DNA of 61,636 nucleotides, the filler included, from Choristocarpus tenellus KU-1152 (taxonomy: Eukaryota; Protista; Phaeophyceae), in the NCBI GenBank assembly GCA_964200185.2. It is 11 parts of 11 records of this genome, joined end to end, with 100 filler letters (N's around TTAATTAATTAA, not from the genome) between each part and the next. Parts side by side here need not be neighbours in the genome. Positions count along the whole stretch, not along the records: positions 1 to 9,762 come from CAXNAD020003415.1; positions 9,863 to 12,953 come from CAXNAD020022380.1; 9 more parts are not named here. The stretch is one strand, 5' to 3'. The notes below the pieces were generated by a model. That model had not been told where the DNA came from. It made no database searches and saw nothing but the letters and a program-made list of their open reading frames with translations. Numbering within the stretch: the first letter of the stretch is position 1; each line of letters opens with the position of its first letter. Positions 1 to 13,053 of this stretch are shown piece by piece. The position numbers were made by a program, and so were the translations under genes.

Positions 1-3000
1 CCCCCTCATCCGTACAACGCCTTACATGGCCACCAGCTTTTTCTGGACCGAAGACACACCCACCCCCCCCCCCCCCCCCCCTTTTTTCCATCAAGGTGTC
101 CAATCTCCAGACCCCTGTGCTCGGTCTGGCACACCTCCTTTGACTACCAACTCCTTTCCCTCAAATGTTCCCCCGCCACTCTCAGCCTCCTTCCCTTGTT
201 AGTACCTCTTGGGTACTTTTCTCACCTTGGCTATATCCCCGTGAAAGATGGCAAGGTACAGCTCCTGATCCAGAACAACCACAACGCCCAGATAAACAGC
301 CCCACCATCAACAGCAGTGGGAGGAGGGGGGGAGAGGAAGGGAGATGAGGGGGGGCAAATGTTGGCGTTGGCAAGCAATCAATCATTACATAACACTCTC
401 TGTACATGTTTGACACCATCGCCTCTGACTACATAGAACACTTGTTCGGATGCACAATACAGGAACAAAGCCTCACTCATTGTGGAGATCCCAGAAAGAG
501 TGTCCGTGGGAGGTGTCCAGACCCTCGGCAAAAAAAGCAATGAGGAGTGACAACTACTGACCCTCAATTTATGCAGTGGGGTGGACACCATATAGCAAGC
601 GCTTCTATAAACATATTTCCTCCCCACGCAACAGACCCTCACGCATTGAAGGGAATATGAGGGGAGGGGAGCAAAGGTCGGGATGTGCTCATACCTCTAC
701 CAGCACCATGACTCTGTTGTCTGCCAAGGAAAACACTAGAGAGGGAAGTTCATGTTCACCGAACCCAACTCTTGACTCATGACTCATTTTCCCACGCCTT
801 GGTAAAAAAAAAACACGCACAGTACACAAAACAAGGACAAAATACAGGGAGGAGCAAGTAGGAAATACTACATAGAACCTACAAAAATAAATATGCCTAA
901 CTAATGCAAAGCGGAGCTTCACAAACATCGTAAGGACCACTGTTTGCAGTAGGCAGGAGAGTACCTGTCACACTCCTTTCACTTGCCCCTCCAACACACA
1001 CGACTCCGTCAACCCCTAAAACGACTCACTCTCCCAGGGTGGGCAGAACTCCCTGCAACTACTTCGAATATCGATATTCAGGCTAGGGTGGCCGGTATGT
1101 GCAACAACATCATGTCATCGTTCAGGTCCACTGAAAAAACGTTTCCGGGGTGAGATGGGGAGGAAGAATCAAACAAGCACATCAGAACTACTTGTGTGTG
1201 TGTGTGTGTGTGTGTGTTGTGTGTGTGCATGTTTGTTCGTGTCACACCTAACACCAACGAGACCTGGAAGAGAAGAACGATCCAACCCTAAAATTCAACC
1301 CAACAGACAACTGTCAAACACCTCCAATCTAGATAGATACATAGAACACATACGACAATTCAATTTTTTTCCCCTATGTGTTGAGAGATACCCTCACAAC
1401 GGTCCTTGCAGGTTCTGACTCCTCCGCACCACTCCAGCCTAAGAATTCCTCCTGAGCCAGAAATCACAAAGCGTCTTCTGTACGGTCCCTGTTTGAGGCA
1501 CATGCTCAAGGGGTTTGCACCAGGCACATGGATATCCTGGTTCTAACCACAACTTGAAGGCGTCCATCAAGTGTGCCCTGTTGGTGAGGCCACTATCAAA
1601 TCATCAATCTCCATGTCATTGGCCCATATGTGAATCATAGTGTGCAGAACACGGAATCTCTTCTTGAGACTCCCAAAACACCCTTTTTGGCCTACTTTAT
1701 TTCCACCATTTCCACCACTGCTGTACTCCTTCTCCCCCCAAGACATAGCAGACGCAAGAGATCGCCTGGTAGTTGAAGTTGCACTCAATTTATCATTGAT
1801 AGTCTCCCCGACCTCTACCTCCATAAATTTGTGTGTCAATGCAGTGGGAAGGACCAGACCCATCGGGGCTGGTGCACAACGTCCTCCTCCACCAACACCC
1901 ATTACCGCTCTAACAACCAAGTGACACCCATTGCACCCCACACTCTCCTCAGCATGCAGTTTGACCACCTTCACTACTGCCTTGTCATCATCCCTGCCAA
2001 GTAGGGGTGGAACGGTAGAGTGCACCATGGATAATGCAAGACAACAAACATTTTAGCTTCCAAGTCATATAGTTGACTCCACTATGATGTGTCACTGGGC
2101 TTATCATTGCCACGACGGGAGCAATCCTTGAGCACAACAAAAAAAATACTCCGACAGAGTAGGACAAGTCTTCAAAGACTGCACAAGTTATTCATCCTCT
2201 GCCATCTCAATCAATGCGCCAGCCATCTGGCAATGCTCCAGAGGAGAGACCCTAACAGTTAATAATTGGATGGTGGATTCAACCAAGATATCTCTCAATT
2301 GAGGAGCCAAGTGTCAACAGGAAAGCACAAAGTTTGTGTCAACACAGCTTCTGTTGAGCACTTCATTACCCCTCACCTTCTCTCAAGAGTCAATATAAGC
2401 CTCGCAGCTGAGAGTCTTGCGCCAGCCCTCCCTCCCATCCAAGGTGCCTCCAGCAACTGCGAGTACAATAGGATCTACCACGGTAAGGTCAGCCCCACAG
2501 CTCCACTTTCAGGGGGGTTTCTTCTCTTCCTCTCCATGAGCACCATCGGTAGTTCTATTTGTAGTCCATTCCACTCGCACCTTCCATTTTTCCACCAACC
2601 AATCCTATTTCCTTACTCAAAAAGTTCAGTTTACACTTGGGAAGGTGCTCATGAAAAAACTGGATCAACCCTCCCTTCAGGGGTAGACGCGAGCTGTATG
2701 CAATCCCTAGTGGTTGGACTCCGTTTATGCGTACATATCTGTACATTTACTCTCACATTGAACATGTCTGTCAATCTATTCCTCTTCAATGGGTGCTACC
2801 TGTCCCCCCCCAGCCCCCTAAACTACAGTAGACCTGGCTCTGAACCCACTAGGTCAACTCTGATGAAAACAGTGTTGGCATGAAATGTGCGCGTCAGGTG
2901 AAGGATGTTGCAAACAAGGATGTGGAACTGCAAAAAATCACCGAAACAGGTCAACGATGCTCGGCTCAAATCTATCTCATCTACCTCATCAGATCACAAG

Positions 3001-3632
3001 GGACCAGGGCATGGTCAGGGGTAGGTTAATGCTGCTGCCCTCCTCTGCACAACGGCAGAGTTTCCAAAACTAGAATCTGACTAGAGACCTGTTTACACAC
3101 AAGAGGTGTGCCTTGGAAACAGGGGGGGGGCTACACTCAGGGAGAGGAGGGAAAGCTCTGCCAGGTACTAATAGAAGCTACGGAGTATCAGAAGCACCCA
3201 AAAGAAGGTGGGTGTGTACACATGAGTAAACCTGCCACCTATGACACGTAGTGCTCCAGCAAGCACCAGGACAAGTGGCACTTGAGGGAGACTGTGCTGG
3301 GGTAGCAGGCCAGGGCTGTGTCGGGGGGGAAAGAGGAGCTAACCCCACCTAACTTCACCTAACTCCACCAGTCAGGAGTCACAGCACTCCAGGAGCACCA
3401 GGAGCAAATTGGCAGGGAGGGGCTGTGCCCGCCTGCACAGGAAGAGACGACCTACCTAAACGTATGCGTATCCAACCATGGGGTCTGTGCATAATTTTAA
3501 CCCTTCAAAGCGGCTAAAATGGAATTCCAAACTAACCAAGGCATGACAGAGCAGGACCCTGACAGAGAGCATAAAGATAAACCAAATTATGAGCCAAACA
3601 ACCGTTCTCTCAATGACATCTGGCAGATTTGT

Positions 3633-5713
3633 TCAATTTGTACAGGCATAATGAAGGGTGTCCTACAATAGTCACAAAAATCCACCACGCCGCGCCTAGC
3701 TACAGCTACTAACATCTTACTATAGCAGAGCTAGTTGAAATTCAGAACATAACTTGAAATATTTTACACAGACCTGGTCTGCCCTGTTGTGTGAATCTTC
3801 TTTAGGGCTGCTGTTGATGGTGGGATTATCACTTGGTGATGACCTGCTGCTCACTGGTGATATCGTATGATCAACCCCTCCACCCCACCTCCCCCTATTT
3901 CCCCCACTCCCCTCTTCCATTTTGACTTCCCCCTCCATAATCCCCAGCACCATTTGTATCTTGTCTTTCGGGCAGTGCATTTGACATACGTGCTGGAAAT
4001 GGGATGTCAGGAAGTACAGGATAAAGGGTGAGGACATCAGACCATGTAGAAAAAACAAGGTGCATGTTTGAACCAGTGAAAGAGTCATATCATTATCCCA
4101 ACATCCATTCACAAACTAGTCTAGAGTACTTCGAGAAGATCGCATGCAACCAGAGAAGGAAGTCCTCCAGGGGCGGTGTGTGTCGTCCATGAAACGAAAA
4201 AAGTGAAACGGTGCTTGGTAGGGGGTCAACATGCTTCGTATCATTCCACTTAAATTCACCAAAAAGTCAGTTGAAAAATAATCGAAGAAAGGCAAGGGTG
4301 TAACCTCGAGTATTTGGCATCAGAAGGTGCTCCTCAAAACTTTTACTCCCTTTTCTTTCCAACCCACATCGAGAACCAAACGTCCGACACCTGGCATGGC
4401 GAACCTGAAACTTCACTGAATATATGCGATCAAAGACTCTAAGCAGGGTGAGCGTATGGACATGAACCAAAATTCGATATAGAAAAAATGTAACGAGCCA
4501 CACGGGTGCATGAAAGAGAGTGAAAAGGGTACAATCAGCCATTGGGATGGTACTGACCCAAGTCGTCAAAAGTGCCCACAACATTACTCCTGGAATATCA
4601 CTCACTCAGCGTGACTCTGCCTAAGTCTAAGGTAGGGCAATGCAGCCTAAGGATCAGTCCGAAACAGCATGTGGCTTAAATTGGCGAAAGGGCAGCATAC
4701 GTGTCCCACACTACTGTATAGGTACCATCTCCATGTGCTTCGATCCTCTTCCACAAAAGATAATGACATGGAGTGTGTACATCTCCTTTCAGCTGCACTG
4801 ACTCACCGATGGCGTAAAACCTTCCTCGTTTCGGGTGTTGACAGAGAGGCCCTTCTCGAGCAGAAACGACACAATTTCACCCGAGCCTGAACCCCCTGCA
4901 GCATGGAGGAGAGAATTCCCTGCAGCGTCCGCCACCGTCAGATCCGCCCCTCGCTGAGAGGCAAGAAACTTCAGACAATCCACCCGACCCTTGCCAATAA
5001 ATACGATGGTACACCAAGGGGTCGAGTGTTAGAGTAGCGACACCATTTCGTTAAAGGGAAGACACGGTTACTCTTGTGGATTCATTGGTTCCTCATACCC
5101 TCAACGCTATGCCAAGGCCACAAGCAAGGACACAAAAGTGGAGAAAATATACGATCGAACAACGTATCAGATTACACATGCATACTTGAGCTAGGTATTG
5201 ATACTTGGACGAGATTAAGGCGTTAATGATTCGTAGCAAAAACATCCACGAATTCCTAGGTGTTGGGATATGCTTTAGACCATAATATGACAACCCTCCA
5301 CACTTCAGTTGCAGCGTCGGCACTTCAAGGCCCGAGACGAGTGGGAAAGAAAGTGGACACCTTGTGGCAGGCGATGTGAAGCGGGGTTTGCCCAAACTTA
5401 TCCGGCTTGTTGACCGCAGCATCGTCCTGGTCTTTCTCCACCAACTTCTTCACCTGTACCCCCACAAAGGGTACGCCCACAATGGAGATACATTGTTGAG
5501 CCGTGAGTAGGGGGAAATGTCGTCAACATGTAGAGTCATGGGAATTGGGGAGGAGGAAGTAATCTGTTGGGGGTAAAGGAATGCAAACGACAACACTAAT
5601 ATGTTGACCTTGGAAAGGTTGCCTTGGTATACCGCCAAGTGAAGTTTGGATACAGCTCCCGCCTCCATTAGCTCCTTCTCCTTCTTGGTTTCGTTGTTTG
5701 GAGAGGACTCCAT
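3633..5713 (-). CDS. Ankyrin-repeat protein (spliced)
   Basis: Minus-strand exons 5609-5713, 5361-5453, 4807-4989, 3774-3992 and a tentative last exon 3633-3662, all with GT-AG introns in phase 0. The joined protein has ANK motifs: SKLHLAVYQGNLSKVKKLVE..VNKPDKFGQTPLHIACHKGRVDCLKFL..ADLTVADAAGNSLLHAA..VNTRNEEGFTPS|HVC. The last two exons are less certain. Confidence 0.85.
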
Positions 5714-6459
5714 GTCGTTCCGCTTTCTAAGTGGCAGTATCAGCCCACATGGATAGATTAGATTACCTCGGTCATATTGGTCCCTACCATAAAGCTAAAG
5801 AAGTGTGACAAAGGAAGACCGTTTGTCTTCCAACTTCCAATCTTTCCTCTTTTTCAAGGTCCCCCTTGTTGTTGCTTTACATCAACCTTTAAAAACCTCC
5901 ACAAAACATTCAATATACACTATCAAGTGTCAACATCTGTACATATACAACAAAAAATGTGAGATACTGAATAAATAAATCAGAAACAACCATGAAATAG
6001 GACAGAAAATGTAGGTAGAGTGAGATAGGAACTACTCTTGTATAAAAGAACATACTTATCTCCAAAGTATTGAGGTGTGAAAAAACCTGTATCTCACGAA
6101 ATATACATTGTTGTATCTGTAGTGATCAGTGTTATGAATAATATATATATATGAATACGATTCTATCATTAAATCTGGTACAGAGAAAAAATTGATTAAT
6201 TGTTTCTCCACAACTCTTACCATCCACTCTTAACGTATGAATCCATGAATATTGAAATATGGAGCGAGTTGTGGGTGGTACCATCTTCGTATGAGTATGT
6301 TGTTGGACATCCTCAAACCTCCAATAGTCACACTTGTAGTTGTTTTGTGTTCAGAAAAATAACTGAATAACCGAACTTTTCAGTTCAGTTATTCAATTAT
6401 TCGGATAAATTAATCTTAAGTGGATTGAACTATATATAATAGTAATGATGCTTTTCAAG

Positions 6460-6600
6460 AAATTATCATATTTTATTATTAAGGTCTCTCACATTTTTCA
6501 GATATGTTAGGGGGAAAACCAATGAAAACCATTCAAATGTCAGAACAACTATGAAAAAGTAACACTTCTCATAAATGTCAAAGACATTTTTTCTATCATC
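6460..6600 (-). repeat. Dispersed repeat matching the 3' tail region of the CRE-like element
   Basis: The reverse complement aligns by eye with 25440-25575 and 25650-25715 (…ttttcattggttttcc…tgtgagag…aataataa). Confidence 0.55.
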
Positions 6601-8286
6601 ATCGATTTACTATTTACTACCATCTTATCTTATCTTGTTGTTATGGTGATGACTATATAATATTTTCATTATTTTTATCACAATATGAATCTGAATTTTA
6701 GAGTTCTTGAAAAAGTAATATTTCAAAGAAGGCAATGACACTCAATTCCTTATTGAGAAAAGATAATAACCATCATAATAAAAAAATAAGGGCAAGAGAA
6801 AAAGAAATGAGAGATTAGAAGAAAAGAAATGCAGTGAGAAGGAATAATAGAATTTCCACAATAAAGTCGCAGGGGAAGACAAAGAAAATGACTTTAAAAC
6901 ACATAAGATAATAATTTCACAAAGCAAACACAACTCAGTACAAATTGTTGGCGTTGATACATTAAAAAACCTGACCTCCTCCACTGGGGTGACGTCCAAT
7001 ACGCCTCACACCTTCGAACACCTTGACCATAACCTCATTGTACCTTTTACCACACTGTAGTACCATTGGTGTTATTTCCTCACTTTCTAGTCTGGGAACA
7101 TATTCTATACTTCACCCTCCTTCACCCATCGTCAGATGGGAGTGCAAAATATACTGTTTAATTCTACCCCCCAAACTATCTATGTACAACTATTTGAGCT
7201 ATAGTGTGTGTGTGTCTATTTTTTCTCGTATCTAGGGTCGCCCCCTCCCACTACTCCTGTTTCCGCTTCCTCCCTCAAATCTGGTTCATACTCCCTTGTC
7301 ACCTTCTCCTGATCAGAAATATGCTCATTGGGAGCATGACAATCGAAGCAGTCCCTTCATCTCAGCATCTCTATCCGTATCCGCAGTGCCACAAATTATA
7401 CCGAAGTAATCTCCAAACTGACTTTTAAGCCCAGTTAGTTAAGTTTGTTGGTCCAGGCGTGATGGTAGGAATGAGATCGTGATATTTCGCTGTGCACAGC
7501 ATGACTGGAGTAAACAAAAAGGTCTTCTGCGGCAGGTACCTATGTTACCACGAACAGGGTTCTAGTACCCTTGACAGGCGTATCTGTCCGACATGACCCA
7601 AAACACACTTTATGGTACAAAGCCCAAGTAACATCTGTGGAAAGAACCAAAATCCTTATTTAAGGTCACCTTCACATTTTAAAAAGGCCACCAACTGTAA
7701 AGTTCAGGGGAAATGTATACAAAGTCATACCTTTCTGCTGACTGCCAAGTTCCAAGTCGGAAGAATGGGAGAAATCTGCCAATTATTTTAGTTAGCACAA
7801 ATCCAAAAAAAGGTCTCCACTATTTAAAAACTTACACTTGTACGGAGAATGCGATCATAACCCAAGACTACAGACAGCTGTACTGTAGTCATCACCATAT
7901 GATTTCCTATTTATTTCCACCTTTTTAGCGTGCACTACCACTCATTTCGACGACAAGACATACCTGAGGGGTGGATTCGGTGGATCGGACATGTATATAT
8001 CACATGATGTGGCCAATGGGTGGAAGTTCTGATAAAACTCAAGCAAACCCAAATGACATTTTTTATAGTCAGTCCTGATGGAGACCATAATAAGTGGCCC
8101 GGTGAGGTGATTGGGTTTTTCACGATGCCAACATAATGGAGAGGTAGTATTCATGAAGTTGCTCGTGGATGTTTGTTGGGGTTGCTCAGGGGGTCCTATT
8201 TATCACAAACTTGGGTTTGGGCAGAGCACAACTGTGCCAAGCGTTCCCAAGATAAGTTGAACTAAGTATCTATAACAGCCAATCAC

Positions 8287-8403
8287 CAAAATTGAGGATG
8301 GAGCATACTATGGAGGATATGCCATGGGTTTGACCGAAAATGGTGCGCGGAAAGTGTCCATATGTTTTTTTTGTAAATGTTGCGGCACTTTTTAAGGGCC
8401 CCG
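8287..8403 (+). repeat. Dispersed repeat (second copy inverted at 27679-27789)
   Basis: ttgaggatggagcat…aatgttgcggcactttttaagggccccg is a diverged reverse complement of the start of contig 27679. Confidence 0.8.
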
Positions 8404-9569
8404 CTACGAATTATGAGGCACGAGTTATGTTTTTCCACCCTGTGCAATCATCACATGTTACAGCAACAACTTGGAAGCCAAAAACATATACCATCGTTAA
8501 GTGCTGGATAAGGCATGCTGATGGTCACCTCTGACGCAGGGTATATCTACATGCAGGCAACGCCAGGGTATGAAGGTTGGGAAATGCTTCTCGAATATCA
8601 TGTAGATGATGTTGACAGGTTTAATGCATTAATTAGGGTTGTGTCTGAAGTCGCTCACTGTTGACATGGACAGAGTGAATAGATTTGAGTATTTTGCATT
8701 TGGACTGAGGAATTGTGGCACAGGAGTTTCCAGCACTCATCCTGGGATGAACATAGTGGTGGAACAGCACCCTGACGACATGATGGAATCAATCTAGTGC
8801 CGAGGGGAATAGAAAATTCGGTGGTTCAACAGATCAAATTGATCCCCTCCTACAACCTTTTTCCTGATTGGCAGGCGTATAGGAAATGGTGAATGCAGCA
8901 CTCAATCATCAGCAGCACCGTCCCCAATCAGCAAAGAGGTGTTAGATTGAGGTATCCAAGGCACAAGCGCGATGAATGGTGGGGAGTTGTCGCATGCTAT
9001 GGTCGTGTTGATGTACACATGTACACAGGGTTTCATCTCCTCGTTGAGACGATGTATCACAGCCTCTCTGTGTGCCAGTTGAGGAGCTATATCTACTGAT
9101 TCCATCCATGTAGGTCAAAGAAGTGAGTTGCTATGAAGTATGGGCATAGTCGAGGACAAATATCGCAAGAAAAGAGTGAGCTGTTTGATTATAGTTGAGG
9201 ATATACGGGATCAGCACTGACAGCAGGAAGGCCACATCCACTGCGCTGATGAGGTTCAAATGGGAAAGGCATGAATGATTTGAACGTGGGTTTGTATGGT
9301 ACATGTGATAGTGCAATGAACCTCTTCCTGTATATATATGCACTTCGCTCTCGACTGAGAGTTCAGCTTCCGCGGAAAAAATAACACTTAACTATTTGTA
9401 TGGACGGAAGTTCACCATTAAATGATGTATTAAGACGATTTTTATGTATCGTGGTTTACTGTAGGATAATAACAACGGTAACATATACCACTCTATTACG
9501 AGACGTACACCAGGTACTTTCGTGATTTTAGGTTACAAGGCATGACATTACACATCTATGTGCTCAACA

Positions 9570-9762
9570 GGATCCTCTTCGACTCCTTCAATACATACAT
9601 AGCTAACCTTCAAGAAGATCTTGAGGGCCTAGGGAGGGAAGGGTCCTCACTGGTCGTAGCCTGTCACAGGACCCAGTGAGGGCATGGTGCTAACGCATTG
9701 GCCATCACACTGTCGCTGGAGCCAGCACGCCGAATTCCTTCCATGCAGTTTACTTTACCAAC
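9570..9762 (+). mobile_element. Fragment of CRE-like non-LTR retrotransposon
   Basis: The translation GANALAITLSLEPARRIPSMQFTL aligns with RANAWASTQPLELACQIPPTEFKL at ~24596-24670. Confidence 0.55.
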
Positions 9763-9862
9763 NNNNNNNNNNNNNNNNNNNNNNNNNNNNNNNNNNNNNN
9801 NNNNNNTTAATTAATTAANNNNNNNNNNNNNNNNNNNNNNNNNNNNNNNNNNNNNNNNNNNN
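9763..9862. other. Artificial contig linker
   Basis: 44 N + TTAATTAATTAA (stops in all six frames) + 44 N. Confidence 0.99.
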
Positions 9863-9909
9863 GTGAAAATCGGACGCCGATACCCCCCCCCCCCAAGATA
9901 CGTTGACCC
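9863..9909 (+). mobile_element. MITE right end (contig-edge fragment)
   Basis: …cgccgatacccc…caagatacgttgaccc matches the right end of the element at 48747-48927. Confidence 0.7.
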
Positions 9910-10350
9910 TGTACAACATGCCCCTCGAATGTATCTATCACACAGGCACAGGCAAGGTAGAGCGAATGAGTGGAGAGTGTACACAAGGATGTCGAGTGCT
10001 TTTTTGGCAGAGTCAAGGGCTGCTTCAGAATTCCCAAGCTGCTACTATTAGATTTGCACAGGAACAAGATAACATTTTTCACTTGTTGCATATTGCAAAA
10101 CATGCTTCATTCAGATGATGGTGTTGAGAGTTGGAAGGCAACACTGAGTGGACAGGGGATGCTGGTCTGCATGATGCCTTCTGCAATGACCATTACACTG
10201 ATTTCACACGGATGGGCATGCCAAGGGACCAGGGGGGAGGGGAATCTGAAAAGTGTGTGGAGAGGGAGGTGGGATTAAATGAGCTTAGGAAGTAGCTCAT
10301 CGCACAATAGAAGTACAAGGAAGAAAACAGAGAGCTTATTTGGATGAGGT
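9910..10350 (+). pseudogene. Degenerate PIF/Harbinger-type (DDE_Tnp_4 / Plant_tran-like) transposase C-terminus
   Basis: ESVHKDVECFFGRVKGCFRIPKL…FFTCCILQNML matches the family pattern ES.RKDVEC.FG.LKGRFRILK…CCILHNM. Frameshifts and stops flank it. Confidence 0.8.
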
Positions 10351-11090
10351 CCTGATGATGGAATCTTGCTTGTCAAACAGTGGTTTGCGTTTTGCGCTAT
10401 TGACACTTTGTGTGATCGTGAACGATACAATTGGTGTTGTACTTTTGTGAGTACATAAAAGAAGAGGTAGGAATTAACACAGCACAAAGAGTCATTTGTC
10501 AGTACAATATAGAGAGTGGTTGAGTCAACAGTTAAAAGGAAGAATTAATTGCCACAGGTTGCTGACAATGTAGTTAGGTCAATATTGTCCTCATGGAAGC
10601 TGCCCACTTCGTCCTCAGCAGTGGATAATATTATATTCTAACCTTCTGAAGAGTGCTGGGATCATTACCATTACTTTAACATTGCTCAAGGTCACGATAC
10701 AAGTTCAGGGTTGACAGCCTTATTTGGTTAATGTATCAGAAACTCAACATAATAGGATCTGACACAAAAATAAAATCCCGTAAAATAAAAAATTGCCTCA
10801 AAACTAAACAAGGATTTGCCAATGCCATCCAGTGTGATGATGGTACACCTACGTACACTGCACCGCTGTAAAAAGACTACTGAGCACTACACTGACAGCT
10901 GTGTTGTCACGATTGATTTCCCAAGTCTGTCCCCCCACTGCTGCCTGTCCCCAAAGCCTCCAAGTCAACCCCCCCCTCACCACTGTCCCACTACTTCCCA
11001 ACATCCCAGCCCCACTACCCCCAGTTGCTGATACCGTTTCCAACAGTACTCTGCCTGAATAGTATCACCACTCTTCTGAAAAGTCCTCCA

Positions 11091-11387
11091 AGGTTGCTCA
11101 GCATTCTTGAGCATTCTGTCAAAATTGTGCCTATCTTCATTATTGTTACCCTCATATCCACATTGGATGATGTGACTAGAGACATGAGGAGACACTTAGA
11201 CATGATGGAAGGCTACTGCTAGGAAAGATAGGCACAATTTTGACAGAATGCTCAAGACTGCTAAGCAAGCTTGAGCGTTCCGTCAAAATTGTGTCTATCT
11301 TTCCTAGCCCTTTCTTCCATGATGTCTACGTGTCTCCTAATGTCTCTAGCCACGTCATCCAATGTGGATCCGAGGGAAGCAATGATG
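11091..11387. repeat. Inverted triplication / long imperfect hairpin
   Basis: 11138-11256 pairs with 11270-11387 (13-nt loop). Separately, 11106-11137 is an exact reverse complement of 11225-11256. Confidence 0.92.
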
Positions 11388-12953
11388 CGGTTTTCCTTGA
11401 CTCTGCTTCCAAGTTCAAGTCCTCAGCAGCTCTCCGAAACTGCTGTCGGCTCCTCAATCCTGGGTTTTCTGCTAGTCCGGACCTCCTCATTACATTCTTG
11501 CTTAAGTCACATGAGGTGGACCCTTCTTGCGGGGGTCCCTCGCTCACACTCATGTCAAAAGTCTTGGAGCACATCATTGGACGGGGGCCCATATACTGCA
11601 AACAGGAGAAGATATGGCGGGACCCGACCATCTGGCATTATTTTGGAGGGGGGGAAATTGGGGGAAACATGGGGCAAAGGCCTCCCCCGTGATTCAGGAA
11701 AGGGTAGTTCCTGGCTGGGCCTTTCTGGGGTGGTGCTGGCAGGACTGGAGGTGCAAGGTCAATTGTACTCCCAGTATTCCTCGATTTCTCCTGTTCCTCC
11801 CACAACCAGTCGCACAGTTTCTGCAGTCAGTCCGTCTAGTGCTCCCCAGACCGCAACTTTCCTCTGGAATCAAGACTGGGAAGCAAGAAAAATGTTTGAT
11901 GTGTGTATGTTGAGATACTCCCCATTGAGCGTTGTGATTATGGATTTCAGGTGTGTAACCTACGGAAGTTAAACGCAATACAACAGGAGCCCAAGCAACA
12001 TCTACCGTCGCACTCACATCAATCAGGGGTTTACACGTTGATGACAATCTTCTGCGTCTTAGTCCGCCTGGACCATATAGAAGTGTTCGCAGTTAAAATG
12101 TCTTCGGAACGGTCTTCTTCCCGGTTCCCAAGGTTGTCTGCACCAATATTTCCTTCGTAAGAGTTTGGGGGGTCAAGTCTGGGCTTCCCCTCCTAACCAC
12201 TTCAAGAATCCAGGGACCACCACATCCATGTATGCTTGCGTTATCAAGGCATGTCTCACATCCCGTGAAACTGTGCTTCTGCATTCCTCTACAGACCTCG
12301 CCGCATAGGCGTTGGGAACGTCTTGGAGTTCAAAAGACCGGCCTTCATCTTTGAACCATACGTGTTCTTCAGTCTCCTGAGTACCCATGACACAACAGCA
12401 TTCAACCTGAAGCCTACGCCCATAACCGGATTCTCGTAAGCCATGATCCAGTGTTCCAAGAATTTTGTATCGGTATTGGGTGGCCAGGGTTAGATGTAAT
12501 CGTGAAGTGGGTGATGGTGACACTGGGAGGTGTTGTACAATGCATGGCGTTTCCATGGTCAAAATGAAATCTGTAGTTCAACTGGCACCAACCATATCTG
12601 TCTGGTTCTTTTTTTGGTGTGAGGATTTTCAGTACCAAACAGAAAAAAAAATCCTGTATACAGTAAGGATTGATTAATAATAAAACACCTCGTGTGAATC
12701 GTGTGATTATGTCGGGTAAGGGTGGCGAAGAGGATCACCAGGCAAGACGGACCAGATGAAACAAGACGAACCGTAACCGAGGGTAAGAGGATAAGGTTAG
12801 ACAAGTGCAAATTGAGGAGTGACGAATACCTTCAGAGATGGGGCTTCATCACCGCAAGTTAGGACGTGAGAACAAAGTGGTGTCTTGTTCGTAGATAGTG
12901 CTGCTGATACACTATAGACACCATCGGTGGAGTAGATTAGGAAATGCAGACAC

Positions 12954-13053
12954 NNNNNNNNNNNNNNNNNNNNNNNNNNNNNNNNNNNNNNNNNNNNTTA
13001 ATTAATTAANNNNNNNNNNNNNNNNNNNNNNNNNNNNNNNNNNNNNNNNNNNN
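12954..13053. other. Artificial contig linker
   Basis: N44-TTAATTAATTAA-N44. Confidence 0.99.

Noticed and set aside
165-3480. Short ORFs as real genes (weak integrase zinc-finger-like and Ulp1-like patches)
   Set aside because: The frames are stop-ridden, appear CpG-poor, have no consistent splice structure, and the motif matches are too short to support a call. Probably old TE debris.
8540-8640. GYIY…EMLLEYHVDD as a second ITm transposase fragment
   Set aside because: It resembles a motif I recall from that family but spans only ~30 codons with no flanking support.
11240-11972. Plus-strand ORFs of 150 and 233 aa
   Set aside because: Most likely antisense shadows of the decayed minus-strand ORF; no recognisable domain.
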